From: Squalus acanthias
Taxonomy: Eukaryota
Assembly (NCBI GenBank): GCA_030390025.1
Contig: CM059425.1
Span: 168,704,001 to 168,768,000, forward strand
Direction of reading: 5' to 3'
DNA: 64,000 bases
Shown here: positions 1-11,525 of the stretch, one piece after another
How positions within the stretch are numbered: the stretch's first letter is position 1
Layout of the letters: the number at the start of each line of letters is the position of its first letter
Notes under the pieces: generated by a model
Databases searched by the model: none
The model's input: only the letters and a program-made list of their open reading frames with translations
What the model was told of the DNA's origin: nothing
Translations under genes and position numbers: made by a program

Positions 1-132
1 TTAGCGCCCCCAAAGGCACCCAATTCAACCCCCAGTTGTGGATGGAATGTGATTGGGGTCTGTGTGAAATTTTTTATCATTCTGTTTCATGGATGCATTT
101 GCAGGGTAATTTTGCTAACTTTTTTTCTGCAG

Positions 133-200
133 ACAACCTTTGATTGCTGGCATATATCTCCTCATGTCTGAAGATACTGTGATACCACCAGGAGAAAAGG
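133..200 (+). CDS. PAM: PAM coding exon (PHM domain), QPLIAGIYLLMSEDTVIPPGEK
   Basis: ttttttctgcAG acceptor and GTgagc donor, 68 nt. Translation matches remembered mammalian PHM 'QPLIAGMYLMMSVDTVIPPGEK'. Confidence 0.95.
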
Positions 201-601
201 GTGAGCTTCGACTGTTATTTACTTTTATACATTTATATAGATTGATCAAGTTGCTATGAAATGTCAAGTTGTTTCAGGGTTTGTTCCAGCGGACTTGAGT
301 TAAATTATCAAATGACAAATAGAAAACAAAAGTTACATTTGAAAAAGGAGGTGCAAAAAAAATGTGGATGATTGCTTTAGAATAGAGACGCTATGGCATT
401 TTTGTTGTACCAGCCAAAAAAATAATTTCATGCGACTTTAGGCCTGATCTTACCACTTCTGGCTAAATCCATAGTCTGCCATAACACTTTCTCAACCACC
501 CCCCCCCCCCCCCCCTGCCCTACACACACACAAAATTGGACAAGAGTAATCAAAAAGAAAGTTAAGAAAGCATTATATTTGCATATTTTATGAAAAGTTA
601 C

Positions 602-2170
602 ACATAGAATCATAGAAATTTTCAGCACAGAAGGAGGCCATGCGGCCAATTGTGTCTGCGCCAGCCAAAAAAGAGCTATCCAGCCTAATCCCGCTTTCCA
701 GCTCTTGGTCCGTAGCCCTGTACGTTACGGCACTTCAAGTGCATATCCAAGTACTTTTTAAATGCAGTGAGGGTTTCTGCCTCTACCACCCTATCAGGCA
801 GTGAGTTCCAGACCCCCACCACCCTCTGGGTGAAAAAAATTCTCCTCAAATTCCCTCTAATCCTTCTACCAATTACTTTAAATCTATGCCCCCCTGGTTA
901 TTGACCTCTCTGCTAAGGGAAATAGGTCCTTCCTATCCACTCTATCTAGACCCCTCATAATTTTATACACCTCAATCAAGTCTCCCCTCAGCCTTCTCTG
1001 TTCCAAAGAAAACAACCCCAGCTTTTCTAATCTTTCTTCATAGCTAAAATTCTCCAGTCCTGGCAACATCCTCGTAAATCTCCTCTGTACCCTCTAGTGC
1101 GATCACATTCTTCCTGTAATATGGTGACCAGAACTGTACGCAGTATTCTAGCTGTGGCCTAACTAGTGTTTTATACAGTTCAAGCATAACCTCCCTGCTC
1201 TTCTATTCTATGCCTTGGCTAATAAAGGAAAGTATCCCGTATGCCTTCTTAACCTCCTTATCTACCTGTCCTGCTACCTTCAGGGATCTGTGGACATGTA
1301 CTCCAAGGTCCCTCTGTTCCTCTACGCTTCTCAGTATCCTACCATTTATTGTGTATTCCCTTGGCTTGTTTGCCCTCCCCAAATGCATTACCTCACACTT
1401 CCCTGGATTGAATATCATAGAATGGTTACAGCACAGAAGGAAGCTATTCGGCATGTCGAGCCCGTGCCAGCTCTCTGCAAGAGCACTTAAGCTAGTCCCA
1501 CTCCCCCGCCCTTTCCCCGTAGCCCTGCAAATTCTTTTCCTTCAGGTACTTATCCAATTCCAAATGCATTACCTCGCACTTCTCCGGATTGAATTCCATT
1601 TGCCACTTTTCTGCCCACCTGACCAGTCCATTGAGATCTTCCTGCAGTCTACAGCTTTCTTCCTCACTATCAACCACAAGGCCAATTTTTGTATCATCAG
1701 CAAACTTCTTAATCATGTTCCCTACATTGAAGTCTAAATCATTGATGTATACCACATAAAGCAAGGGACCTAGTACTGAACCCTGCAGAACCCCCCCACC
1801 CCTCACTGGAAACAGCCTTCCAGTTACAAAAACACCCGTCGACCATTATTCTTTGTTTCCTGCCACTGAACCAATTTTGGATCTAACTTGTCACTTTCCC
1901 TTGGATCCCATGGGCTTTTACTTTTCCGACCAGTCTGTCATGTGGGATCTTGTCGAAAGCCTTGCTAAAATCCATGTAGACTACATCAATCTCACTACCT
2001 TTATCAACCCTCCTCGTTGCCTCCTCAAAAAATTCAATCAAGTTAGTCAGACACAACCTTCCCGTATCAAATCCATGCTAATGGTCCTTAGTTAATCCAT
2101 GCCTTTCTAAATGACGATTAATACTGTCCCTCAGAATTTTTTTAAACAATTTGCCCACCACCGATGTTAG
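602..2170 (-). mobile_element. 5'-truncated CR1 LINE (RT and 3' end) with a nested CR1 3'-tail fragment at about 1414-1560
   Basis: Minus-strand ORF pieces [42 protein letters not shown]; frameshifts and stops. Confidence 0.9.
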
Positions 2171-2409
2171 CATGTTACTAGGTAGCCAACACTGAGGTGA
2201 TATTGATGTGCTGCTCAAACTTCCCCTCACGGTTTTATGGTATTGATCCCTAGACTGTCTTATCTTGTATGTATTGCCTCAGTTTGTCTGTCACCTATAA
2301 TACATGAACTTTAATACTGAACAGCTAAATGAAAATCACTATATTGATGTTGCCACACAGTGATGTAAACTGATGCCAGGGACTCCATACATGACAAGTT
2401 CCTGATGAA

Positions 2410-2830
2410 TGAGTAGGCATAGTCTGGACTCGGATATAGGGAGCACAATATAAAAATTTAAGTGTGACACAAAAACAGGGAGTGTGGTTAACTGATGAGG
2501 ACTACAAGTAACTTGAGGAGGACATGGACAGGTTAGTAGATTGGGCAGATATTTGATGGATGAAATTTCATGCAGAGAAATGTAAATGATAACATTTGGG
2601 AGAAAGATCAAGAAAAAAATGTATACACGAAATGATGAAACTTTAAAATGAGTGGAACAGCAGAGGGACTTCGTGGTTCAGTTACACAGATCTTGCAAAG
2701 TTGGAGGACAAGTTAATAAAACTAAAAAGTGAATGTGATCCTAGGTTTTATAAATAGAGGCATAAAGTATAAATGGAACTAGGTATTGCTAAGCCTACGC
2801 AAATTGTTTAAGCAGCAGTCAGAATATTCT
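2410..2830 (+). mobile_element. Highly decayed CR1 RT fragment
   Basis: Degenerate match to the DTK..G...WQMKFN..KC..FG and GFINRGI segments of the other CR1 copies. Confidence 0.6.
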
Positions 2831-3122
2831 GATCATCCCAAAGCACTTCATGACCAATGAATTAGTTTTGAAGTGCAGTTATGTAATATAAGCAAACATG
2901 GCAGTCAATTGCACACAGCAGGGTCCTACAATCAGAGATAAATAACCAATGAATCACTTTTTGGTGATGTTGATTGAGGGAAGAATGTTGTCCAGGAAAC
3001 CAGAAGAACTCCCTACTCTTCTTTGAATAGGCCATGATGTGGAGATGCCGGTGTTGGACTGGGGTGGACAAAAGTGAGAAGTCGCACAACACCAGGTTAT
3101 AGTCCAACAGTTTTATTTGAAA

Positions 3123-3160
3123 TCACAAGCTTTCGGAGCTGCTGCTCCTTCGTCAGGTGA
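3123..3160 (-). ncRNA. Minimal type I hammerhead ribozyme motif (mirror copy)
   Basis: Exact reverse complement of 3358-3395. Confidence 0.8.
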
Positions 3161-3357
3161 AGTGAAGAATACAAATCGGCACAGCATATATAGACAGAGA
3201 ACAATGTCTGCAGAGTACAATGTCAGACGACTACAGTTAATCTTTCTGAGGTGTGATAAAAGGCAGTCAGAAAGATTAACTGTAGTCGTCTGACATTGTA
3301 CTCTGCACAGACATTGTTCTCTGTCTATATATGCTGTGCCGATTTGTATTCTTCACT

Positions 3358-3395
3358 TCACCTGACGAAGGAGCAGCAGCTCCGAAAGCTTGTGA
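3358..3395 (+). ncRNA. Minimal type I hammerhead ribozyme motif
   Basis: TCAC-CTGACGA-A-GGAGC(AGCA)GCTCC-GAAA-GC-TT-GTGA: CUGANGA and GAAA core boxes, 5-bp stem II, 4-bp stem I (TCAC/GTGA), palindromic AAGCTT in place of stem III. Confidence 0.8.
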
Positions 3396-4859
3396 TTTCA
3401 AATAAAACTGTTGGACTATAACCTGGTGTTGTGCGACTTCTCACTTTTCTTTGAATAGTGTTGTGGGATCTTTTATGTCCATCTGCAAGCAGATGGGGCC
3501 TTGGTTTAACATCTTATCCAACGGTGCATCACCTCCCCAGTACTGTACTGAAGTGTCAGCCAAGATTAAATGCTTACGTCTGAAATGGGGCTTGAACCCA
3601 CAGCTTTCTGATGTTGAATTTGTACAAGACAGTGGTTAGGTCACAGTTGGAGTACCAGCATGTTGCTGAAAAATACTACGAGCTGAGCCAAGCTGCTCAT
3701 TGGTAACATTGGTTAGATTTAGTTCCATTACCCTAATAACCTCTTTTGCCTCCGTGTTTCATTGAGCTTTCAAAATGAGGTTAGTTGTGCCATTTTGACT
3801 TTGATAAAAGAAGCTCCCTTTGATCTTAGCATAAATAAATTTATACATTACAAAGTAGTTTGTGTTATAATTTACTGCCCATATCACAAGATTTGAATCA
3901 ATAAAATATTTTTTTTAATCAGATATATTGTCAGCAAATGTCTAAACTAGCAATTAAAAACCGACAATCTCTTCTGTGAATTGAGCATCCTTTGGTTAAT
4001 GCCTTTTGGACATAACTTTTACTGGTAGTATAGTAATCCTGTGCTAGAACAGCAATAGAATGCATTAGTATAAATTGTATAACTATTCCTAAAATGTTAA
4101 TATTTAAACTTTTTTTATCTTTAGCAATTGTTATTTTGGCAATTTATATAATTATTTTCCCATCTTTTACACAACATGCAGCATTTGGAATAATATGTAT
4201 AGGGTTAGTTCGAGGATTGTTTGAGCATGAAATTGTGTGCATAATTTAAACACTTTCATTTTGTATTTAATTAGTGTGGGAAATTTCTCTCCACTCCCAT
4301 GGTCTGTGCACCCTTACCCCAAACCCATAGACCCACTATGGCCAAATTGGCAGGCAGCCTGCTTTCAAGCCTCTGTCAAAGTCGCTCTTGGCCTAAGTGA
4401 CGCTGAAGGCGTCGTGAAAGGCGCTATATGAATGCAAGTCTGTCTTGCTTTCTTTGTTTTCTTTCGCAATATGGTTGAGGTTAGGAACTTGCATCCCACT
4501 ATTGTGTGGATTATAATTGCTGTTCTAATATACTGTATTACACAAATGCCTTCTAGTTCTTTGAATATAATACAAACCTAAAGCCAAACCACTATATTGA
4601 CAACAGGGCACTGGCAGTGCACTTGGTATATCCACAAGGCCAATGACTTGCAGACAATGGGAAAATGGACACTATCATGAAATATGATCCGCAAAACAGT
4701 AGACTTAAATAACCTTTATATCGCTAAATTGGTAATGAAAGATAGTGTTCTATTACTGCAAAAAGCAGAGTAAATACTTGAAAGCATTAAGTGGCTGGTA
4801 AAAATCTGAGAAAATTCAGTGATCTGATGTAGTAAAAATGTAATTTCACTTATTTGTTG

Positions 4860-5020
4860 CTTGGTCCAAATCCTGGAATTCCTTATCTAATTCTGTCATA
4901 GGAGCACGATCACTACAAGGACCACAGCAGTTCAAGGAGAAGGCCCAGCACCTTCTCTGGGCAATTAGTGATGGGTAATAAATGCGCCTTCCAGCACTGA
5001 CCACACACCCAAGAACAAAT
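4860..5020 (+). mobile_element. Decayed 3' end of the second LINE family (as at 33570-33742)
   Basis: aaatcctggaattcc...cagcagttcaaggagaaggc...gggcaattagtgatgggtaataaatgc resembles the 3' UTR of the intact copies. Confidence 0.65.
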
Positions 5021-5779
5021 AGTGAAGAAATTCAGGCACCATGAACCAGGGACCTAATTATAAATGGATGGAATTGTAAAATGTGATCCCAAAATACCTA
5101 ATATCCCAGAATTCCATGGAATAAAAATGGAATTTGGCTCACTCAGTCGTTAAAAAGCAGTGGCTCTGCTTATAAATTGAATAGTTTTATAATTAGTTTT
5201 ACATTGTTTGCTTTGATCCACATAAATTATACAAAAAGAACTGTTTAATATGTATAATTTTTAAGATCAACTGTAGCGAATTATAAAACAATAATAAAAC
5301 CAAACCTTGGCTATCCATAAGCAGATAAGATAGCTAGCATGTTTAATAATCTTAGGATATTTTACTGGCATGAATCAAATTGGCTGATTTACTTTCCATT
5401 GCAGGACTACCACCTTTTTCAGAATTTCATGTTTTAATATGTAAAATGAATGTAGTTTTATGAAGACTTTAAGATTTTTTTTAATGAAAAACAGAATTAA
5501 ATATAATGTCACAGTAGCAAGAGTCTGATCCCAATTGTTGAGCTTTTCCAGAAAGGGTGAACGTCTGAAGAGGTTAGATTTTAATTGCCTTTCTAAAAAT
5601 GATCACAAATGCACAATCTGTCAGTAAGTCAAGGGTACTAATATATAAATTCTGGTATTAGGTGCGAAACGTGGGTTAAAATAAAATGGCCCATGATGAG
5701 CTTCAACTGCATGCTGAACAGTGTGCTGTGGTGTGGTATTAAGTGACTTGGAGCTTATCAGTTGTCAAATTCCTTTAAC

Positions 5780-5940
5780 AAGCAAAATACTACAGATGCT
5801 GGAAATCTGAAATAAAAACAGAAAATGCTGGGAAGACTCAACAGGTCAGGCAGCATCTGTGGAGAGAGAAACAGAGTTAACGTTTCAGGTCGATGACCTT
5901 TCATCAAAACTGGAAGAGATTTGAGATTTAACAGTTTATA
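5780..5940 (-). mobile_element. Penelope-like terminal fragment (second family) with a mutated hammerhead at 5875-5911
   Basis: Minus strand reads AGTT-tTGATGA-A-AGGTC(ATC)GACCT-GAAA-CG-TT-AACT. Related copies at about 21980-22210 and 24935-25030. Confidence 0.7.
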
Positions 5941-6059
5941 TGCAAGCACTCTGATTGCTTAATCAAACCTGGGACCTTGTTGGTCTGTATAGCTCAGCTA
6001 TTCACTGTGTATTCCCACTGACCCAGCAGGGAACCTGTGTGTTGTAAGAATAATAACGT

Positions 6060-6390
6060 AAATGTAGAGAAGATATTTTCACTTGTGGGGGAGACCAAAA
6101 CTAGAGGCCATCAATATAAGATAATCACTAATAAATCCAATAGGGAATTCAGGAGAAACTACTTTACCCAAAGAGTGGTTAGAATGTGGAACTCGCTACC
6201 ACAAGGAGTAGTTGAAGCAAATAGCATAGATACATTTAAGGGGAAGCTGGATAAGCAAATGAGGGAGAAAGGAATAGAAAGTTATAGGGTGAGATGAAGA
6301 ATGGTGGGAGGAGACTCGTGGAGCATAAACACCGGCATTGACTGGTTGGGCCGAATGGCCTGTTTCTGTGCTGTAAATGCTCTGTAATGT
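6060..6390 (+). mobile_element. CR1 3' terminal fragment directly upstream of a PAM exon
   Basis: TRGHQYKI...RRNYFTQRVVRMWNSLP...FKGKLD, followed by the gggccgaatggcctgtttctgtgctgta tail. Confidence 0.85.
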
Positions 6391-6422
6391 ATTGCTTGTA
6401 ACTGTGTTCTTTTTTCTTGCAG

Positions 6423-6503
6423 TCATAAATGCAGATATTGCCTGTCTGTACAAACAGACTGCCATACACCCATTTGCCTTTCGAACACATACTCATCAAT
6501 TAG
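6423..6503 (+). CDS. PAM: PAM coding exon (PHM), VINADIACLYKQTAIHPFAFRTHTHQLG, with the HTH CuM His ligands
   Basis: tttttcttgcAG and GTaaga sites, 81 nt, phase 1-1, in frame with both neighbours. HTH corresponds to rat His242/His244 (numbering from memory). Confidence 0.96.
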
Positions 6504-7134
6504 GTAAGAACAATGTTGTCTTATTTGATTTCCTTTCCTAAAATACATGAGAAAGATTCCCTAAGAATGTGGAAATTTTGAAACCATATCAAAGTTTTGG
6601 CATTATAAAATATTTATAAACAGACTTTATAAGTCTTCCTTCATGGTATTTTTGTTATGTAGTCATCGGAATATATGGAATGAGAAAAGGTGACTGAATC
6701 CGTCAAGCCTGTTCTTTCCACAGACCTTATGATTTTATATATCATGGATGTTACCAATTAAAGCAATTATCTTAGGGAAGCAACAAAAGAAATTGGTAAA
6801 ATTTCAAAGATAAAGCTCCAATGGTATAAGAACAAAACCTGAAGATATTAATCCAATTTTATAACCCACACAATTCAGCTTGTCATTGCATTCCACAGAT
6901 GACTCATCCCTAGTGCTAATAGCACATGAATTGTGTTTCCGTAGAGAATTTGATCATCTGTGTTTATCGTTATTTTACATCTTTCTTAAATGACTACTCA
7001 ACCAGCACCCCCCACCCTGATTTCCACCAGGCAGGGAGAGCTAAAAATTGGGACCATTATCTATCTGGTATTTTCTGTTGATGGCGAGTTTATCTGTGTG
7101 TTGAAAACGTCTGCATTTGCTTCTTTATACTTTT

Positions 7135-8628
7135 GATGCATTGGTTTTAATTTTCCAAAATTCCCTAGATTCGGGGAAGGTTCCATTAGATTGGAAAATA
7201 GCGAATGTAACTCCTTTATTCAAAAAGGGAGGGAGACAGAAAGCAGGAAACTACAGGCCAGTTAGCTTAACATCTGTCATAGGGAAGATGTTAGAAGCTA
7301 TTATTAAAGACGTTATAGCAGGGAACTTAGAAAAGTTCAAAGTAATCAGGCAGAGTCAACATGGTTTTGTGCAAGGGAAATCATGTTTAACCAATTTATT
7401 GGAGTTCTTTGAGGAAGTAACATGTGCTGTGGATAAAGGGGAACCGGTGGATGTACTGTACTTAGATTTCCAGAAGGCATTTGATAAGGTGCCACATCAA
7501 AGGTTTTGCAGAAAATAAAAGCTCATGGTGTAGGGGGTAACATATTGGCATGGATAGAAGATTGGCTAGCTAACAGGAAACAGAGTAGGCATAAATGGGT
7601 CATTTTCTGATTGGCAAGATGTAACGAGTGGTGTGCCACAGGGATCAGTGCTGGGGCCTCAACTTTTTACAATTTATATAAATGACTTAGATGAAGGGAC
7701 CGAAGGTATGGTTGCTAAATTTGCTGATGACACAAAGATAGGTAGGAAAGTAAATTGTGAAGAGGACATGAGGCTACAAAGGGATATAGATAGGTTAAGT
7801 GAGTGGGCAAAGATCTGGCAAATGGAGTATATTGTGGGAAAATGCGAAGTTGTCCATTTTGGTAGGAAGAATAAAAAAGAAGCATATTATCTAAATGGTG
7901 AGAGATTGCAGAGGGATCTGGGTGTCCGAGTGCATGAATCGCAAAAGGTTACTATGCAAGTACAGCAAGTAATTAGGAAAGGTAATAGAATGTTATCGTT
8001 TATTGCGAGGGGAATTGAATACAAAAGTAGGGAGGTTATGCTTCAGTTATACAGGGCATTGGTGAGACCACATCTGGAGTACTGTGCACAGTATTAGTCT
8101 CCTTATTTAAGGAAGGATGTAAATGCGTTGGAAGCAGTTCAGAGAAGGTTTACTAGACTAATACATGGAATGGGCGGGTTGTCTTATGAGGAAAGGTTGG
8201 ACAGGCTAGGCTTGTATCCGCTGGAGTTTAGAAGAGTAAGAGGTGACTTGATTGAAACATATAGGATCCTGAGGGGTCTGGACAGGGTGGATGTGGAGAG
8301 GATGTTTCCTCTTGTGGGAGAATCTGGAACTAGGGGTCACTGTTTAAAAATAAGGGGTCGCCCATTTAAGACCGAGATGTGGAGAAATTTTTTCTCACAG
8401 TGGGTCGTGAGTCTTTGGAACTCTCTTCCTCAGAGGGCGGTGGAAGCAGAGTCTTTGACTATTTTTAAGGCAGAGGTAGATAGATTCTTGGTAAGCAAGG
8501 GGGTGAAAAGTTATCGGGGGTAGGCGGGAATGTGGAGTAATCAGATCAGCCATGATCTTATTGAATGGCGGAGCAGGCTCAAAGGGCCGCGTGGCCTACT
8601 CCTGCTCCTAATTCGTATGTATGTATGT
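7135..8628 (+). mobile_element. 5'-truncated CR1 LINE (RT and 3' UTR)
   Basis: ORFs 7117-7518, 7633-8097 and 8128-8523 with NYRPVSLTS, YLDFQKAFDKVPH, QGSVLGP, FADDTK; (tatg)n tail. Confidence 0.92.
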
Positions 8629-8926
8629 ACTTTAGTCAAGTGTGGCAGAAAATTATATTAAACAGTGCGTAACAGACATTGAAAGTACAATGGATAGGAA
8701 GTGTGTGCAAAAATAAAATTTTATTTTGATTTTATATAATTAAATAGCAAAACTTATGTCAATTTGGGAAGCAGAGAAATAGAATTGTTTGGAACAGGAG
8801 TTTCTCTGCAGTACAAGCTGAGGAGCTGGGATATGAAAATCTAAGGTGCTATAGCACCACTACTGACAGATGGGTGTAATAACAGTGTTGCACAATTATA
8901 CAAGCAGTTTCCATTATAAATCCATT

Positions 8927-9690
8927 GGGCCAGAAATTCGGTTTTCCGGCTTCCTGCGGGTGCAAGCATCGCGCGTGTACTTACCTACCGCGGCTGCCGT
9001 TGTGTTTTGGGCCCACGAGAACTTCGGGTCCTGGGCCTCCTCCAGCTGCCGGCGCGCAGTGCTTGCGTATCCCAGGGGCGCAGTTAGTTCGAAGCGTCCC
9101 CTGGGATCACGTGGGCCATGGAGAGCCAATCCTAGCAGGGCATTTTCATTCATAGATTTGACAGGAAGACCTGTCAAATCTATGAATTGAAATCGGCCCC
9201 AAAACCACACTTAAACTTCAAATAATTTTTTTTTTTTAAATCACATTTTTAAAATAACTATAAGTTAAATAAATTAACTACTTTAAACAAAAATTTAAAT
9301 TTTTGAAAAAATTTAAATACTTTTTAACGGTGCTAAAAATAAACTTACCTTTCTTTAAAGTATCTGAAAAAGATAAACCTGTTGAAAAAATTTTTAAATT
9401 GTAATTAATTAACCACTTACCTTGTTAAAAACAGGTCTTGTGCCTCCTTTTAAAAGCGCAGCTTCTTCCATACTTACCTTCCCGGAGAAACCTGGAAAAA
9501 AAACCGAAGTTCGCTGCGTGCGCGCAGCCTCTCCCGCGCACGCGGTTCACCTCTGAACCGCTCCCTTCACCAGACTGGAAGTTCCGGTTTCCCGCGCTTG
9601 CGCAGTGCATGCAGGAAACCGGTACTTCAAGTGGCCTTACGGGTGAGTACACAGTGTGTACTCACCCGACAAGCGCTGAATTTCTGGGCC
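8927..9690. mobile_element. PIF/Harbinger-like MITE
   Basis: Ends gggccagaaattc and gaatttctgggcc form imperfect TIRs; GC/CpG-rich flanks around an AT-rich core; homologous in reverse to 11526-12199. Confidence 0.65.
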
Positions 9691-11525
9691 AAAAATCTGG
9701 AGAGAGGAATTTATAGTGGGAAAAGGTGACAACAGGAAGTAAGGTTTTGTAGGCAGGAAATGCACTCAGCTATAAAAGCCCTGAAAATCCGTGACACAGC
9801 TGCCAGGAACCTCGTTGTGGACCCTGCCAGACTTTCCCGGATCGGGGGAAGGTTCCCTCATTAGACTGCCACTGGTGGGTATCTGCCCCACTAGGGGTGT
9901 GTCTCGGTTGTTCGCCTACCAAAAAGGTCAAAGTCTGGATGAAGAGTGCTAATCTGGAGTGGAGAGGGAATGCAAGTCCGCCCTCCCCAATTAAACAGCT
10001 TACAAGCATCTCAGTCGCACCCTTTATAAAGGGCTGCTTTGAAATATTTTATTTAAAAATTGTTTCTACTCTTCAGGGCCCAGGCCAGGATTCCATGCTG
10101 AACCCACCGACAGACTCCACAACCACTGGTTGTTGGTGGTATGGCTGATCTGACCTAGGGTACCTCTGCTGGAGCTACACTGGGTCTCTTTGAGAGTTGG
10201 GAAAGTGTAAACTTGCAACAGGGGGACTCCCGGCCCCTCCTAGGCCAATGGCCATATTTGAGGTGGGCACAAACACTACCCCCAACTGGTCATCTGGAAT
10301 CGTCAATGTAAGGCCCAAACTCAGTGTATCCGAATTTTTGGGGCCGAAGATTTTTAGCGTATTCTGTATTATAGATGGTCTCTGAGAGCCAAGATTCTTG
10401 TCCAGTGAATAACCTAGCATAAAATGTAACCTGAACATTTCTGAAACCATTGTCTGATACCCTTTTATTGCATTGTGTTATAGATACTTGCCATAAAAAA
10501 CATTTTATTTTGAGAGGATTCATTCATTCCTAGCACTAGCCCTAGTAACTTTGCTTCGATGTAAACAAATTTTAGAATACAAATTAAGTTAAAAAATAAT
10601 GTTGCAGCGCAATATGGGACATAACATGGAAAAGAGAAGCTCGTGACAAGTAGATGAGTGACAAGTAAAATGATGGAAAAAATTGACAAGGTAAAAATGA
10701 CTCATTGCTTTGTCAAATTTTGAGGTAAGTGATTCGTGGAATTTGATTGTTCCACCTTGGAGCTAATATTGAAAGCTAATATTCCTACCTCAACAGCTGT
10801 ATGGCATATTCTGCTGACTGATTATGACTTGATATTTATAGTAGTGAGGAAAAGTCTTTGACTTCAACCATTCAGATCACTTAATTGAAAGAAGTTGATA
10901 TGTAGGATAAAGCAGTATTTATGGATGAGGGTGATTAAGCATGACTAGTTTGCAGAACAGTTACTGGGCTGAAATTTAAGTTCAATTGTTGCTTATAAAA
11001 TCCAATAGCACTATGGAGATGTCCATAGTAATATTGGATTTATATAATCCAAAAGTCCTTTTGAGTATGTTCACATTCATTGTACGTGCAGCAATGTCAG
11101 TATTGTGTTTTGCAACACGCTTTTCAGGAATAAAAAAGGAGTAAAGTATTGGAGCATAAATACTTAATACGAAGAGAATAAGTAGGGTAATATTTAATTT
11201 CCCTGTTTAATTTAGAAATTTTAATATTGTACATGTGTAATCTGGCACTAGAAATATTGCTAAGATGTACATTCATGTATTATATTTTAAATCAATTATG
11301 CAAAATGCACGTTCTTCGCTTTTAAAATTGCTAATGGAGAAAGAACTTCAACGTCAAAGAAGTTAGTTGAAATGTCTTTAATACTCAGTATAACCCAGGT
11401 AATTGTTTAATCTCTCTGCTGTCATCACTAGATGTACGAAAAGAACATGAATCTGTTCATTTCAAGTCTTACAGCTAGTTTCTAGAAATAGAATTCCATT
11501 TTAATCAATACTTAGAGAAAGTAAT

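Larger units (their letters stand above)
3031..3448. mobile_element. Penelope-like element terminus in inverted (fold-back) arrangement, with a target-site duplication
   Basis: Arms 3070-3249 and 3267-3448 are reverse complements apart from one 2-nt indel, with a 17-nt loop. Flanking direct repeat ttctttgaatag at 3019-3030 and 3447-3458. Penelope assignment rests on the hammerhead motif and inverted ends. Confidence 0.8.
2834..3612 (-). mobile_element. Deu-domain tRNA-derived SINE (SacSINE1/AmnSINE-like), split by the insertion at 3031-3448
   Basis: 2834-3030 and 3449-3612 are reverse-complement homologues of the copy at 55105-55458. Confidence 0.75.

Noticed and set aside
3070..3448. Long hairpin as a microRNA gene or DNA-transposon MITE
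   Set aside because: The arms are asymmetric relative to the TSD (39 extra nt on one side) and carry a hammerhead, which fits an inverted Penelope terminus better. There is no miRNA evidence.
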